64,000 bases of DNA from Spirochaetia bacterium (GTDB lineage Bacteria; Spirochaetota; Spirochaetia; UBA9216), in assembly GCA_963677925.2 (NCBI GenBank), contig CAXXYH010000004.1, positions 1,920,001 to 1,984,000 on the forward strand, written 5' to 3'. This document shows positions 8,928 to 17,806 of the stretch, one piece after another. The first letter of the stretch is position 1. Every line of letters starts with the position of its first letter. The translations under genes and the position numbers were made by a program. A model generated the notes under the pieces. The model had not been told where the DNA came from. It worked only from the letters and a program-made list of their open reading frames with translations, and searched no databases.

Positions 8928-9661
8928 ATAAACCTGAATCTGAAAATCCCGTTCTTAGTCTTAATAAAGTCAGTTATAAATATCCGGATGGCCCTCATGT
9001 CCTGAATGATGTTTCCATATCACTTTTTAAGAGGGAGATTGTCTGTATTCTCGGTGCTTCGGGCTGCGGCAAAACAACACTTCTCAATATAGCCGCAAGT
9101 TTTCTAAGGCCTTCAGACGGCAGAGTTTTCTTTCTTGGCAAGCCTGATTCCTCTCCGGGGCCGGGACGGATTATGGTTTTTCAGGATATGAACCAGCTTT
9201 TCCCCTGGCTTGATGTGAAATCAAACATCCTGCTGCCTGTCAGGAGCCGCGGTCTATATTCAGAAAAGGCTGAGATGCTGCTTGAACTGGTGGGCCTTAC
9301 AGGTTTTGCTGATTACTATCCTGCACGGCTTTCAGGAGGGATGAAGCAGAGAGCCGTGATTGCGAGGGCTCTTATATCGGACCCGGGGGTTCTTCTGCTT
9401 GATGAACCTTTTACCGCTCTTGATGCACCAACCAGGAAGGAGCTTCAGAAGATGATACGTTCGCTGAAAAAAGGCGTAGATTCATCAGTAATGTTCGTGA
9501 CTCATGATATCCGGGAAGCAGTGCATATAGCAGACAGGGTGGTGATTATGGGCGTGGAAAGGCCTGAAGAAATTGATGTAAACATTGAAGACCGTGATAA
9601 TGAGTTTTCGGATGAATTTATCGCTCTCGAAAGAAAACTCTATTCCCTGCTGATGAAATAA
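8924..9661 (+). CDS. NitT/TauT-family ABC ATP-binding protein
   Basis: GASGCGKT, LSGGMKQR, LLLDEPF, VTHD. The ATG overlaps the permease stop. Confidence 0.88.
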   Translation: MNKPESENPVLSLNKVSYKYPDGPHVLNDVSISLFKREIVCILGASGCGKTTLLNIAASFLRPSDGRVFFLGKPDSSPGPGRIMVFQDMNQLFPWLDVKSNILLPVRSRGLYSEKAEMLLELVGLTGFADYYPARLSGGMKQRAVIARALISDPGVLLLDEPFTALDAPTRKELQKMIRSLKKGVDSSVMFVTHDIREAVHIADRVVIMGVERPEEIDVNIEDRDNEFSDEFIALERKLYSLLMK

Positions 9662-11196
9662 TTATGCTTTACCTCATAGATACGGAAACTGCCGCTGCCG
9701 TTCCGTCTGTGAACCAGCCTTTCTGCATAGCCCGGACTTTTAAGCTCTCTTATCAGTACACAGTTGGCGGAAATGAAATCCTGAAGTTTCGGATACCATC
9801 CTGAAGGGTTGCCGTACATAATATTCCATACCGGTCTTGAAGCATATATATAATCTATTTCATCGGTCATGAAGATGTATCTGATCCGGTTCTTTTCTAT
9901 ATAAGCCGAGATATCCATCCCTGCATCATCCAGATGTTCCAGGTTCCGCCAGTCAAAAAGCTGACTGTCCGGAAGGACAAAGCTCAGCTGAAGTCCGCCG
10001 AGAACTGCTTCTCCCTGTTCTGTGGCGGCTGCGAGAGTTTTGCAGAAATCAGAATAGCTTTCCCTTTCATTTCTTATATCCTTCGCGATTCCGGTGATTG
10101 AATTGACTGCAAAAACTGCAATTATTATACCTGCAGCAGCTTTTAGATAAATGCCTTTCAGGCAGTTCAAAGCACCGCCAATCAGAAGCACCAGAAAGGG
10201 AACTGCAAACAGGACCGATACCGGGCTGTATTTGCCGATAAGCATGATTCCGGCATTTACAACGACCAGGCCCGTCAAGGCTTCCAGGTACAGGCTGCTC
10301 TTTCTCAGATTTCTGCAGAAGAGTCCTGTTGCAAAGGCTGCTGCTCCGGAAATAAAAAGCGGCCGTATCTCCGGAATATAATAGGTTCCGCTTATACGCA
10401 GAAAGAGTTTACGGTAAAAATCATCGAAGCCCAGAAGCTTTACAGATAGCGCATCGGATACACCTTCACTTGAGCCGTAAATTGGATATTCCGAAATGAA
10501 GTTCAGATTCATCAGCAGGCTCACAGATACAACAGCCGCAGCAGCAGCTGCTGTTACTGCAGCATAGCCGGCAAGCTCCTGTACCTTATGTTTACCCTGT
10601 ATCAGCCCGGTTATAATCATGAGTCCGGGGGGCAGGGCTGCAAGAGCCCCATACGGATGGATAAAAAATGACAGTGCTATCGGAATACCCGAAATAATTC
10701 CATTTTTAAAAGAAGTCGATTTCGCAGCTGAAACAAGATAAATTCCGGCAAGCATGAGCAGAAGGATGATAATCTCCTGCCTTGCCATATGAGCGGAATA
10801 GATAAACTGCATATCTACTGAAAGAAGGATAACCGAAGGCAGTCCGGGGAGTCTGTAGTTTTTTGCAATGCGGTAGAAGAGGTACAGACAGATGCTTGCC
10901 GAAAGCAACGATAATGTTCTGACTGCCCCTAAAGAAAAACCTCCGGACGCAATAAACAGCCCCTGCATAGCATGAAAGAAAAGCCGGACCGCGTGAGGAG
11001 TACGGTACAGCAGATCGAAAAAAGGTTCAGTTGCAGCGGCGTTCCCAGTTGAGATCATCTCTCTGCTCAGTGCTGCAAGCCAGGATTCATCGGTATGCAT
11101 GAAAGGCCAGACTGTAAGGATGAAAAAGTTAATTAACGTCCAGGCAATAATATATATGACTAAAATACTATGATATTTATCGGCATTCTGCTTCAC
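9640..11196 (-). CDS. GT-C fold (ArnT/PMT, GT39/GT83-like) membrane glycosyltransferase
   Basis: First-loop DE motif (HTDESW), many TM helices, ARQE, HP motif, C-terminal soluble domain. Confidence 0.8.
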   Translation of the reverse strand: MKQNADKYHSILVIYIIAWTLINFFILTVWPFMHTDESWLAALSREMISTGNAAATEPFFDLLYRTPHAVRLFFHAMQGLFIASGGFSLGAVRTLSLLSASICLYLFYRIAKNYRLPGLPSVILLSVDMQFIYSAHMARQEIIILLLMLAGIYLVSAAKSTSFKNGIISGIPIALSFFIHPYGALAALPPGLMIITGLIQGKHKVQELAGYAAVTAAAAAAVVSVSLLMNLNFISEYPIYGSSEGVSDALSVKLLGFDDFYRKLFLRISGTYYIPEIRPLFISGAAAFATGLFCRNLRKSSLYLEALTGLVVVNAGIMLIGKYSPVSVLFAVPFLVLLIGGALNCLKGIYLKAAAGIIIAVFAVNSITGIAKDIRNERESYSDFCKTLAAATEQGEAVLGGLQLSFVLPDSQLFDWRNLEHLDDAGMDISAYIEKNRIRYIFMTDEIDYIYASRPVWNIMYGNPSGWYPKLQDFISANCVLIRELKSPGYAERLVHRRNGSGSFRIYEVKHNYFISRE

Positions 11197-11202
11197 AGAA
11201 TT

Positions 11203-11231
11203 ATATTATTGGCGCCCGGTGCTGCTGTCAA
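11203..11231 (-). promoter_or_regulatory. sigma70 promoter of the GT-C gene, probably leaderless
   Basis: Minus strand TTGACA, 17 nt, TAATAT, 6 nt, then GTG start, with no SD. Confidence 0.65.
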
Positions 11232-11266
11232 GTATAGTTTTTTATCGATATTTATAAAACTTTATA

Positions 11267-11295
11267 TTGTCTTCTGCATATTTATGGCTTATAAT
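11267..11295 (+). promoter_or_regulatory. sigma70 promoter of the sulfur-relay operon
   Basis: TTGTCT, 17 nt, TATAAT. Confidence 0.65.
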
Positions 11296-11361
11296 GAATC
11301 CGAAAACGGGCATACAACAGAATGGTTTTAAATGACATAAAATCACAATAAAACTATGTTC

Positions 11362-11379
11362 GTGTGAATTAAGTCACAA
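11362..11379. promoter_or_regulatory. Rex/CRP-type palindrome GTGTGAATTAAGTCACAA
   Basis: Exact TGTGA-N6-TCACA core, with 2 mismatches to the Rex consensus TTGTGAA-N4-TTCACAA. Confidence 0.55.
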
Positions 11380-11402
11380 CAAAAAGGATAGGAGGTGAGT
11401 TA

Positions 11403-12110
11403 ATGAGCGATGCTTCTAATAAAGATGCATCAACCGGCGGAATCCAGCGGTCTGCCCGGACCAGGACCAGAAAGAAGAAGAAAAATCAGATTCCATTCGG
11501 TATAGGTACCGGTGTAATCATGTTCATTCTCGGTGCACTTCTGTGGCTGAAGAATCCTAATCTTGGTCTTTTCTGGTTTACAGGAATTATCTTCGGATTC
11601 ATCCTGCAGAAAGCGCGGTTCTGTTTTACAGCAAGTATGCGTGATCCATCGCTTACTGGAAGTACAACGGTAACACGTGCAGTACTGATAGCCTTTGCCC
11701 TGACTTCAATCGGTTTCTGGGCAATCAAATACGGGGCTTTCAGACAGGGACTTCCAATACCGGGTCAGTCTTACGTTGTTCCTGTGAGCCTTGCAACGGC
11801 TGCGGGTGCATTTATTTTCGGTATAGGAATGGTTATCGCCGGAGGATGTGCTTCGGGAACACTTATGAGAGTAGGTGAGGGATTTATGATGCAGATCCTT
11901 TCGCTGGCTTTTTTCGTTATCGGCTCCCTTTGGGGTGCTCACGATTTCGGATGGTGGAAACTTAATGTAATAAGCAACGGCAAGGCTATATTCATGCCTG
12001 ACGTCCTTGGATGGGCAGGTGCGCTTGTAGTCCAGCTGCTTATAATTGCCTGCCTGTTTATCGCTGCGGATAAATGGGAAAACAGAAAAAATGAATCTTC
12101 GCAGCATTAG
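11403..12110 (+). CDS. YeeE/YedE sulfur transporter, N-terminal-half subunit
   Basis: RFCFT and FGIGMVIAGGCASG motifs, multiple TM helices. Confidence 0.88.
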   Translation: MSDASNKDASTGGIQRSARTRTRKKKKNQIPFGIGTGVIMFILGALLWLKNPNLGLFWFTGIIFGFILQKARFCFTASMRDPSLTGSTTVTRAVLIAFALTSIGFWAIKYGAFRQGLPIPGQSYVVPVSLATAAGAFIFGIGMVIAGGCASGTLMRVGEGFMMQILSLAFFVIGSLWGAHDFGWWKLNVISNGKAIFMPDVLGWAGALVVQLLIIACLFIAADKWENRKNESSQH

Positions 12111-12139
12111 AATTAACACTATATTAGAGGAGAAATAAA

Positions 12140-12367
12140 ATGGCAGAATATGAACTTGATTGTTTGGGAGAAGCTTGTCCGGTACCCCTGGTAAAGGCAG
12201 AAAAAAAACTTGCGGAACTCGCAGTAGGCGATCTGCTGATCGTTCAGATTGATCACAGCTGTGCAATGAAGAACGTTCCGGAATGGGCCAGAAAAGAGGG
12301 TCACAACGTTGAAATTGAAGAAGTTGATGACGGCGAATGGGAAGTTGTTATTGAGAAAGTAAAATAA
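12140..12367 (+). CDS. TusA/YeeD-family sulfur carrier
   Basis: LDCLGEACPVP (CPxP motif), 75 aa. Confidence 0.92.
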   Translation: MAEYELDCLGEACPVPLVKAEKKLAELAVGDLLIVQIDHSCAMKNVPEWARKEGHNVEIEEVDDGEWEVVIEKVK

Positions 12368-12369
12368 TT

Positions 12370-12903
12370 ATGGCTTTAAAAGATAATAAATTTTATAAGC
12401 TCTGGTTCAAGGATGCCTGGCCCTATATTACGGGCGCAGTACTTTTATCAGTATTTCAGATATATACACTGGCGGCAACAGGAAGCCCTTGGGGTGTATC
12501 CGGGGTTCTCGCAAACTGGGGAGCATGGATATATGAGGCTGTCGGCGGAAGTGTTGAAAAATGGTACTACTTTGCATCCGAAGGTGCCCAGAGAACGCTT
12601 GAAAACGGATTTCTGAACCATCCGGGCAGCATGAGAAATATCGGAATTATCATAGGCGCGCTTTTTGCCAGTCTGATGGCAAGTCAGCTGAAGATAAAGA
12701 AGATTAAAACCTGGAGACAGGTCGTTGCGGCTATCCTGGGCGGACTTGCCATGGGATACGGGGCCAGAATCGGTTTCGGCTGTAATATCGGTGCGCTTTT
12801 CAGCGGTATCGCTTCATTCTCAGTTTCAGGCTGGGTTTATGCAATATTCCTCTTTGCGGGGGCATTTGTGGGAAGCAAGCTGCTTGTAAAGTTCTTTATG
12901 TAG
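12370..12903 (+). CDS. YeeE/YedE sulfur transporter, C-terminal-half subunit
   Basis: PWGV and GGLAMGYGARIGFGCNIG motifs. Confidence 0.88.
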   Translation: MALKDNKFYKLWFKDAWPYITGAVLLSVFQIYTLAATGSPWGVSGVLANWGAWIYEAVGGSVEKWYYFASEGAQRTLENGFLNHPGSMRNIGIIIGALFASLMASQLKIKKIKTWRQVVAAILGGLAMGYGARIGFGCNIGALFSGIASFSVSGWVYAIFLFAGAFVGSKLLVKFFM

Positions 12904-12997
12904 GAAAGCTGAAAACCCTTGTCGGGATTTAAGGCTTTTTCCGGAGTTTATTTATTTTATTTAAATAAATAAACATCCACTATTATCTGGAGAAAAA

Positions 12998-14221
12998 ATG
13001 GCTAGAGAGAAGCAGATAGAAGATTATGATGTAGTGATCATCGGCGGAGGGGCCGGAGGCCTTACTGCCGGAATCTACTGCGGAAGAGCCCGGCTCAAGA
13101 CCCTTCTTATTGAAAAGGCACTTGTGGGCGGACTTGCTACATATACTAATGAGATTGAAAATTACCCCGGATTTCCGGACGGAACAACGGGTCTCGGGCT
13201 GATGAAGCTGTTTGAACAGCAGGCCAAGAAATTCGGTGTAAAATTCAAGGGTACTGACGTTAAATCCGTTGATTTCAGCGGAGAAGTCAAAAAAGTTGAG
13301 ACATTCAGAAACATCTTTCAGGCAAAGGTTGTCATTATTGCTTCCGGCGGAAGGCCCAGAACAACCGGAGCTGAAGGTGAAGAAGAATTTCTTTTTGATA
13401 AGGGAATTTCATTCTGTGCAACATGTGATGCTGCGGCTAATACAGGAAAGGATGTTCTTATCATCGGTTCCGGAGATGCCGCTATCGAAGAGGGTATGTT
13501 CCTTACAAAATTTGCAAACAAGGTCTATGTTTCTGTTATTCATGATGACGGTAAAATGGACTGTAATGAGATTGCAAAGGCTGAGGCGCTTGCCAATCCG
13601 AAAATGGAATTTCTGTGGAATACAGTTGTGAAACGGTTTGAAGGCGGAGATCACCTTGAAAATGTGGTTCTTACCAACCTGAAGACAAAGGAAGATATAA
13701 ACGTAAAGGTTCCTACCTGTTTTGAGTTTATCGGATATCTTCCAAACACTGAAATTTTCAAAGAAAAGATTACAATCACCGAGAAGGGTTATATTCCGGT
13801 ATCTGTTAACATGGAGACTACCGCACCGGGTGTTTATGCTGTTGGTGATGTTACTGATAAATTTCTGAAGCAGGTTGCTACTGCAGTAGGCGACGGTGCG
13901 ATTGCCGGCTACGCAGCTGAAAAATATATTGCTGAAGAAGAAATCTATCACAGCCAGATTCTCGGCAGGGACGGACTGGTTTTTGTTTACGATGCTTCGG
14001 AAGAAGGATGCCGTGAATGTCTTCAGGAAGTTGAAGTCCTTGAAAAGCTTCTTGAGAAGAATAATAGTCTTACCAAGATTGATATCTACAAATCAAAGGG
14101 GCTTTCAAACAGGATGAATATCACTGAGGTTCCGAAACTCGCTATTGTCAAAGGCGGAAAGATTATTAAGGTCCTTGATCAGGGATTTGATCGGGACGAT
14201 GTTCTTTCCCAGCTGAACTGA
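12998..14221 (+). CDS. thioredoxin-disulfide reductase-like flavoprotein with C-terminal thioredoxin-like domain
   Basis: GGGAGG FAD motif, ENYPG, CATCD redox motif, VYAVGD, plus an extra ~95-aa tail with CREC and VPKL. Confidence 0.85.
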   Translation: MAREKQIEDYDVVIIGGGAGGLTAGIYCGRARLKTLLIEKALVGGLATYTNEIENYPGFPDGTTGLGLMKLFEQQAKKFGVKFKGTDVKSVDFSGEVKKVETFRNIFQAKVVIIASGGRPRTTGAEGEEEFLFDKGISFCATCDAAANTGKDVLIIGSGDAAIEEGMFLTKFANKVYVSVIHDDGKMDCNEIAKAEALANPKMEFLWNTVVKRFEGGDHLENVVLTNLKTKEDINVKVPTCFEFIGYLPNTEIFKEKITITEKGYIPVSVNMETTAPGVYAVGDVTDKFLKQVATAVGDGAIAGYAAEKYIAEEEIYHSQILGRDGLVFVYDASEEGCRECLQEVEVLEKLLEKNNSLTKIDIYKSKGLSNRMNITEVPKLAIVKGGKIIKVLDQGFDRDDVLSQLN

Positions 14222-14234
14222 TGGAGTTAATATC

Positions 14235-15152
14235 ATGAAGAAAAGACTGATTATACTGTCTGTTCTGTCTGTTTTACTTATTCTTTTAAGTTCGGGCTGT
14301 GGAAACGGCAAGTATGAGGAATCAGGCACGCTGATAATTGATGCTGATGATGCGCTTAAACTGGCTGCAGGCGGAGACTGGACAGTTATTGATGCACAGA
14401 AGAAGACTTCGTTCGAGAAGGAACACCTTGAGGGCGCAGTAAATATTGAGCGTGCCCAGATAACCGTATCAAAGCCAGTCGCTAATTCTCTTGCACCGGC
14501 CTTGGATATTGAAGCAGCTGCTTCTGCTGCAGGCCTGACTGCTGACTCAAATGTTATTATTTATGATGATAACAGCAACATGGATTCCGGCCGACTGGCC
14601 TGGACGCTGATGTTCTATAGTCACAAGGGACAGGTTAAAATTGTTTCAGGCGGTCTTGCTGCATTGAAGGCAGAGAGGGCATCGATTGTTTCAGGCAGGG
14701 CGACAGCTGCAAAAACTTCCTACAAGGCCGGCTCCGCTATTGAGACATTACTTGCTGATAAAGCAGAATTAGTGAAGCAGATCGATAATCCGGAAGCAGA
14801 TGTAGTTATCCTCGATGTAAGAACAGATGAAGAATATAATGCCGGAACCATACCGGGATCAATTCACATTGACTATGTTCAGAATAATTTTAAAGACGGT
14901 ACGTATAAACCGGTACAGCATATCCGCATTTTATATAAGGATGCCGGTATAATGCCTGAGGATACCATAATAATGTACTGTAAAACATCAATCAGAGCTG
15001 CAGAAACCTATGCCGCACTCTACAATGCCGGTTACCGTAACCTGAAAATATATGACGGAGCATGGCTGGAATGGAGTTCTGATAAATCTTTACCAGTGTA
15101 TATACCTGAAGTTCCGGGTAATGTCCGGATAGAAGTACAGGATGCTTCATAA
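14235..15152 (+). CDS. two-domain rhodanese (sulfurtransferase) lipoprotein
   Basis: Lipobox SSGC. N domain has Asp at the active site (IYDD), C domain has YCKTSIRA, and the YDGAWLEW signature is present. Confidence 0.88.
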   Translation: MKKRLIILSVLSVLLILLSSGCGNGKYEESGTLIIDADDALKLAAGGDWTVIDAQKKTSFEKEHLEGAVNIERAQITVSKPVANSLAPALDIEAAASAAGLTADSNVIIYDDNSNMDSGRLAWTLMFYSHKGQVKIVSGGLAALKAERASIVSGRATAAKTSYKAGSAIETLLADKAELVKQIDNPEADVVILDVRTDEEYNAGTIPGSIHIDYVQNNFKDGTYKPVQHIRILYKDAGIMPEDTIIMYCKTSIRAAETYAALYNAGYRNLKIYDGAWLEWSSDKSLPVYIPEVPGNVRIEVQDAS

Positions 15153-15183
15153 TTTCAGGATAAAATTAAAGGAGAAATTCGAG

Positions 15184-16107
15184 ATGAAAAAATTAACAGC
15201 TTTTTTGATTCTGCTTGCAGTACTCTTTGTTCCTGCAGCAGTGTTTGCAAACGGCGATCAGGAAGCCGCACCTGCACCCGCAGCTGAAGTAAAGGCTGCC
15301 CCGCAGGTTGATACTGTAGCTGAAGCCGCTAATGCTTATTTTGCGGAAATGCCCGGTTCAAGAATAATCGCATCAGCAGATTTATTTGCAAAAATGGATG
15401 CCGGTGAAGACATGCTTATTGTTGACATCAGAAGTGCAGCAGATTATGAAAAAGGTCACCTCAAAGGTGCAGTTAATGCTCCCTGGGGTCCTGCAATTGC
15501 AGACGCTCTTGCATGGCTTCCCGATGATAAGCCTGTTTATGTAAACTGCTACTCAGGTCAGACTGCAGGACAGACTGTTGCAGTTCTTAATGTAGCCGGA
15601 ATCCAGGCTCAGTCAGTTAAATCAGGTTGGAACTTCGGTATCTCAAAGACTGAAGGATATGAAGCCTATACAACTACTGATGCCGCCCTCACACCGGATG
15701 CTTCAGGTGTTAAATATGATGCAGCAATAAAAGTTGCTGCTGAAGAATACTTCAAGGCTATTCCTGATGCGGGCAGCAACATCTGGCCAGCTTCAAAGGT
15801 TAAAGAAGCTCTTGATGCCGAAGATGATATTACTATAGTTTCAATCAGACAGCCTGATGCATATGCCGGCGGACATGTTGAAACAGCTATTAATATTCCC
15901 TGGGCAAAGGGAATGCAGGAAAAATTCACTGCGCTTCCCAAGGATGAAGTTATTGTAGTTTACTGTTATACAGGTCAGACTGCAGGCCAGACTGTAGGTA
16001 TACTCAGACTTCTGGGATACAATGCCGTATCAATGAAAAGCGGTATGGGTTCTGCTGCAACCGGCGGAACAGGCTGGGGAGAAGAAGGTTTTCCTGTAGT
16101 TCAGTAA
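15184..16107 (+). CDS. exported tandem rhodanese-domain protein
   Basis: Signal peptide ending FANG and two repeats with active loops CYSGQTA and CYTGQTA. Start moved to ATG15184. Confidence 0.88.
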   Translation: MKKLTAFLILLAVLFVPAAVFANGDQEAAPAPAAEVKAAPQVDTVAEAANAYFAEMPGSRIIASADLFAKMDAGEDMLIVDIRSAADYEKGHLKGAVNAPWGPAIADALAWLPDDKPVYVNCYSGQTAGQTVAVLNVAGIQAQSVKSGWNFGISKTEGYEAYTTTDAALTPDASGVKYDAAIKVAAEEYFKAIPDAGSNIWPASKVKEALDAEDDITIVSIRQPDAYAGGHVETAINIPWAKGMQEKFTALPKDEVIVVYCYTGQTAGQTVGILRLLGYNAVSMKSGMGSAATGGTGWGEEGFPVVQ

Positions 16108-16146
16108 TCAACCGCTTAAAATCGATTACAAATAGTCAGAATAGAT

Positions 16147-16180
16147 GCTGTCCGGGGATTTCCCCGGCAGCTTTTTTTTT
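16147..16180 (+). terminator. intrinsic terminator of the sulfur-relay operon
   Basis: GCTGTCCGGGG-ATTT-CCCCGGCAGC followed by T9. Confidence 0.88.
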
Positions 16181-16278
16181 GCCGGAAACTAATTTATAAA
16201 GAAAAGTGTAAAATGTTAAAAAAAGCTGTACTTAAAGGTTAGTTTTACTTACAATAAAAAAGTTGAAAAGGAAAGGAA

Positions 16279-17805
16279 TTGGAAAACCATCTAACTGATT
16301 TAAGCAGAATTACCAGCCTTGAACAGGCACGCGATCATATCCTCAACCTTCTTGAAGAAAAGGACATTCTACTTGAAAAGGTCCGTGAACTTCTTAACAG
16401 ACTGGATCACGCCGAACGCCGGGAAGAAAACATCAGTTCAAAACTGATGTATAATGAAATTTCAGGTCTGCCCAATCACCGTAAAATGGACTCGGATATA
16501 GGTCCTCTCCTATGGGGTTTTTTTAATTTATCAAATCCTCCCCAGATTTCAGTAATGCTGATAAAACTTGATGAAAATTTCGACCGCTGCCGCCAGACTT
16601 TCAATAATGATGTGTTCAATAATATTCTTTATACAATTTCGAGCCGGCTTAAAGAACTTCTAAACCATAAGGGTCTTCTTTATCACCCCAGAACCGAGGA
16701 ATTTGCTGTTTTTATTTTCGACAGCCTTCAGCCTGACAGTCTTAGAGAGATTGCAGATGAAATACTTAAATCTGTGGAGCAGGTAATAGAGGGAAACATT
16801 TACAAAGTAAAAGTCGGTGCAAATGTAGGTATTGCATCTTTTCCGGACGACGGACTGAATAAAAGGATTCTGCTTTCAAATGCTGATATGGCATTGAAAC
16901 AGGCCGTTCACCGCAGCCTTCCAATTATTTTCTTCGATGAAGAAATGAGGAATACTGTTATCGGAAATATTGAGATGCAGAATAATCTTCTTTCTGCAAT
17001 GGAAGTCCGCAATGAAAGTATTCTGAGCGACAGGTTTACGTTGTTTTTTCAGCCTATAATCTCTGTCTCCCGTCTTGAAAGCGACAGAATTATGGTTGAT
17101 AAAATCAAGGCCGAGGTTCTAATAAGATGGTGCGATGAAAACCGCGGAAGTCATCTGCCTCAGAATCTGATTGAAGTTGCCGAAGAAACCGGTCTGATTC
17201 TGCCGATCGGGAGATGGCTTATAAAATCAGCAATGGAGCAGCTTCGTGAATGGCAGGAAAAATTTCCGAATCTTCAGCTATCCATCAATATTTCTCCCCG
17301 GCAGTTTTTTCATAAGCGCTTTGCAGAAGACCTTTCAGAACTACTGAATGAGACAGGGGCTAATTCCTCTGATATCTTTCTGGAAATAACTGAAACATGT
17401 CTATTTGATGATCAGGATCATGCTGTAAATGAGATTGAACGCCTGAATGATATGGGTTTCCGTATATCGCTGGATGATTTCGGCACCGGATATTCTTCGC
17501 TGGGGTATCTTAACCGATTCAGAGCGCAGGTTCTTAAAATCGATAAGGTTTTTACAGAAGGTCTTCAGTCTGAGGGTAAAAAGAGAGATGTAATCCAGTC
17601 CATAGTAAGAATCGGTAAAGAACTCAATATGGATGTTGTTTTTGAGGGCATAGAGAACTTAAATCAGTTGAAATCTGCAATAAAACTTGGATGTTCGACA
17701 TTTCAGGGATACCTTTTCAGTAGACCGCTCAAGATGGAAGACTTTTTCAGCTTCCTGAATGATACCAGTGACGGTATTATTTCCTTGAATGGAACTGAGA
17801 ATTAA
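16279..17805 (+). CDS. degenerate-GGDEF / EAL c-di-GMP phosphodiesterase
   Basis: GGDEF position reads RTEEF. The EAL domain keeps EVLIRW, SINIS, EITE, DDFGTGYSS, KID, EGIE and QGY. Confidence 0.88.
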   Translation: MENHLTDLSRITSLEQARDHILNLLEEKDILLEKVRELLNRLDHAERREENISSKLMYNEISGLPNHRKMDSDIGPLLWGFFNLSNPPQISVMLIKLDENFDRCRQTFNNDVFNNILYTISSRLKELLNHKGLLYHPRTEEFAVFIFDSLQPDSLREIADEILKSVEQVIEGNIYKVKVGANVGIASFPDDGLNKRILLSNADMALKQAVHRSLPIIFFDEEMRNTVIGNIEMQNNLLSAMEVRNESILSDRFTLFFQPIISVSRLESDRIMVDKIKAEVLIRWCDENRGSHLPQNLIEVAEETGLILPIGRWLIKSAMEQLREWQEKFPNLQLSINISPRQFFHKRFAEDLSELLNETGANSSDIFLEITETCLFDDQDHAVNEIERLNDMGFRISLDDFGTGYSSLGYLNRFRAQVLKIDKVFTEGLQSEGKKRDVIQSIVRIGKELNMDVVFEGIENLNQLKSAIKLGCSTFQGYLFSRPLKMEDFFSFLNDTSDGIISLNGTEN

Positions 17806-17806
17806 T

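Noticed and set aside
11210-11225. Possible sigma54 promoter TGGCGCCCGGTGCTGC
   Set aside because: The GG-to-GC spacing is not the required 10 nt, and the segment is the spacer of a good minus-strand sigma70 promoter.
12905-12975. Terminator between the second yeeE half and the reductase
   Set aside because: Only weak or all-AT hairpins. It could be a processing site but does not support a terminator call.
11403-16107. Selenocysteine read-through in the YeeE / TusA / TrxB / rhodanese genes
   Set aside because: All catalytic positions are ordinary Cys, and no in-frame TGA interrupts a domain.
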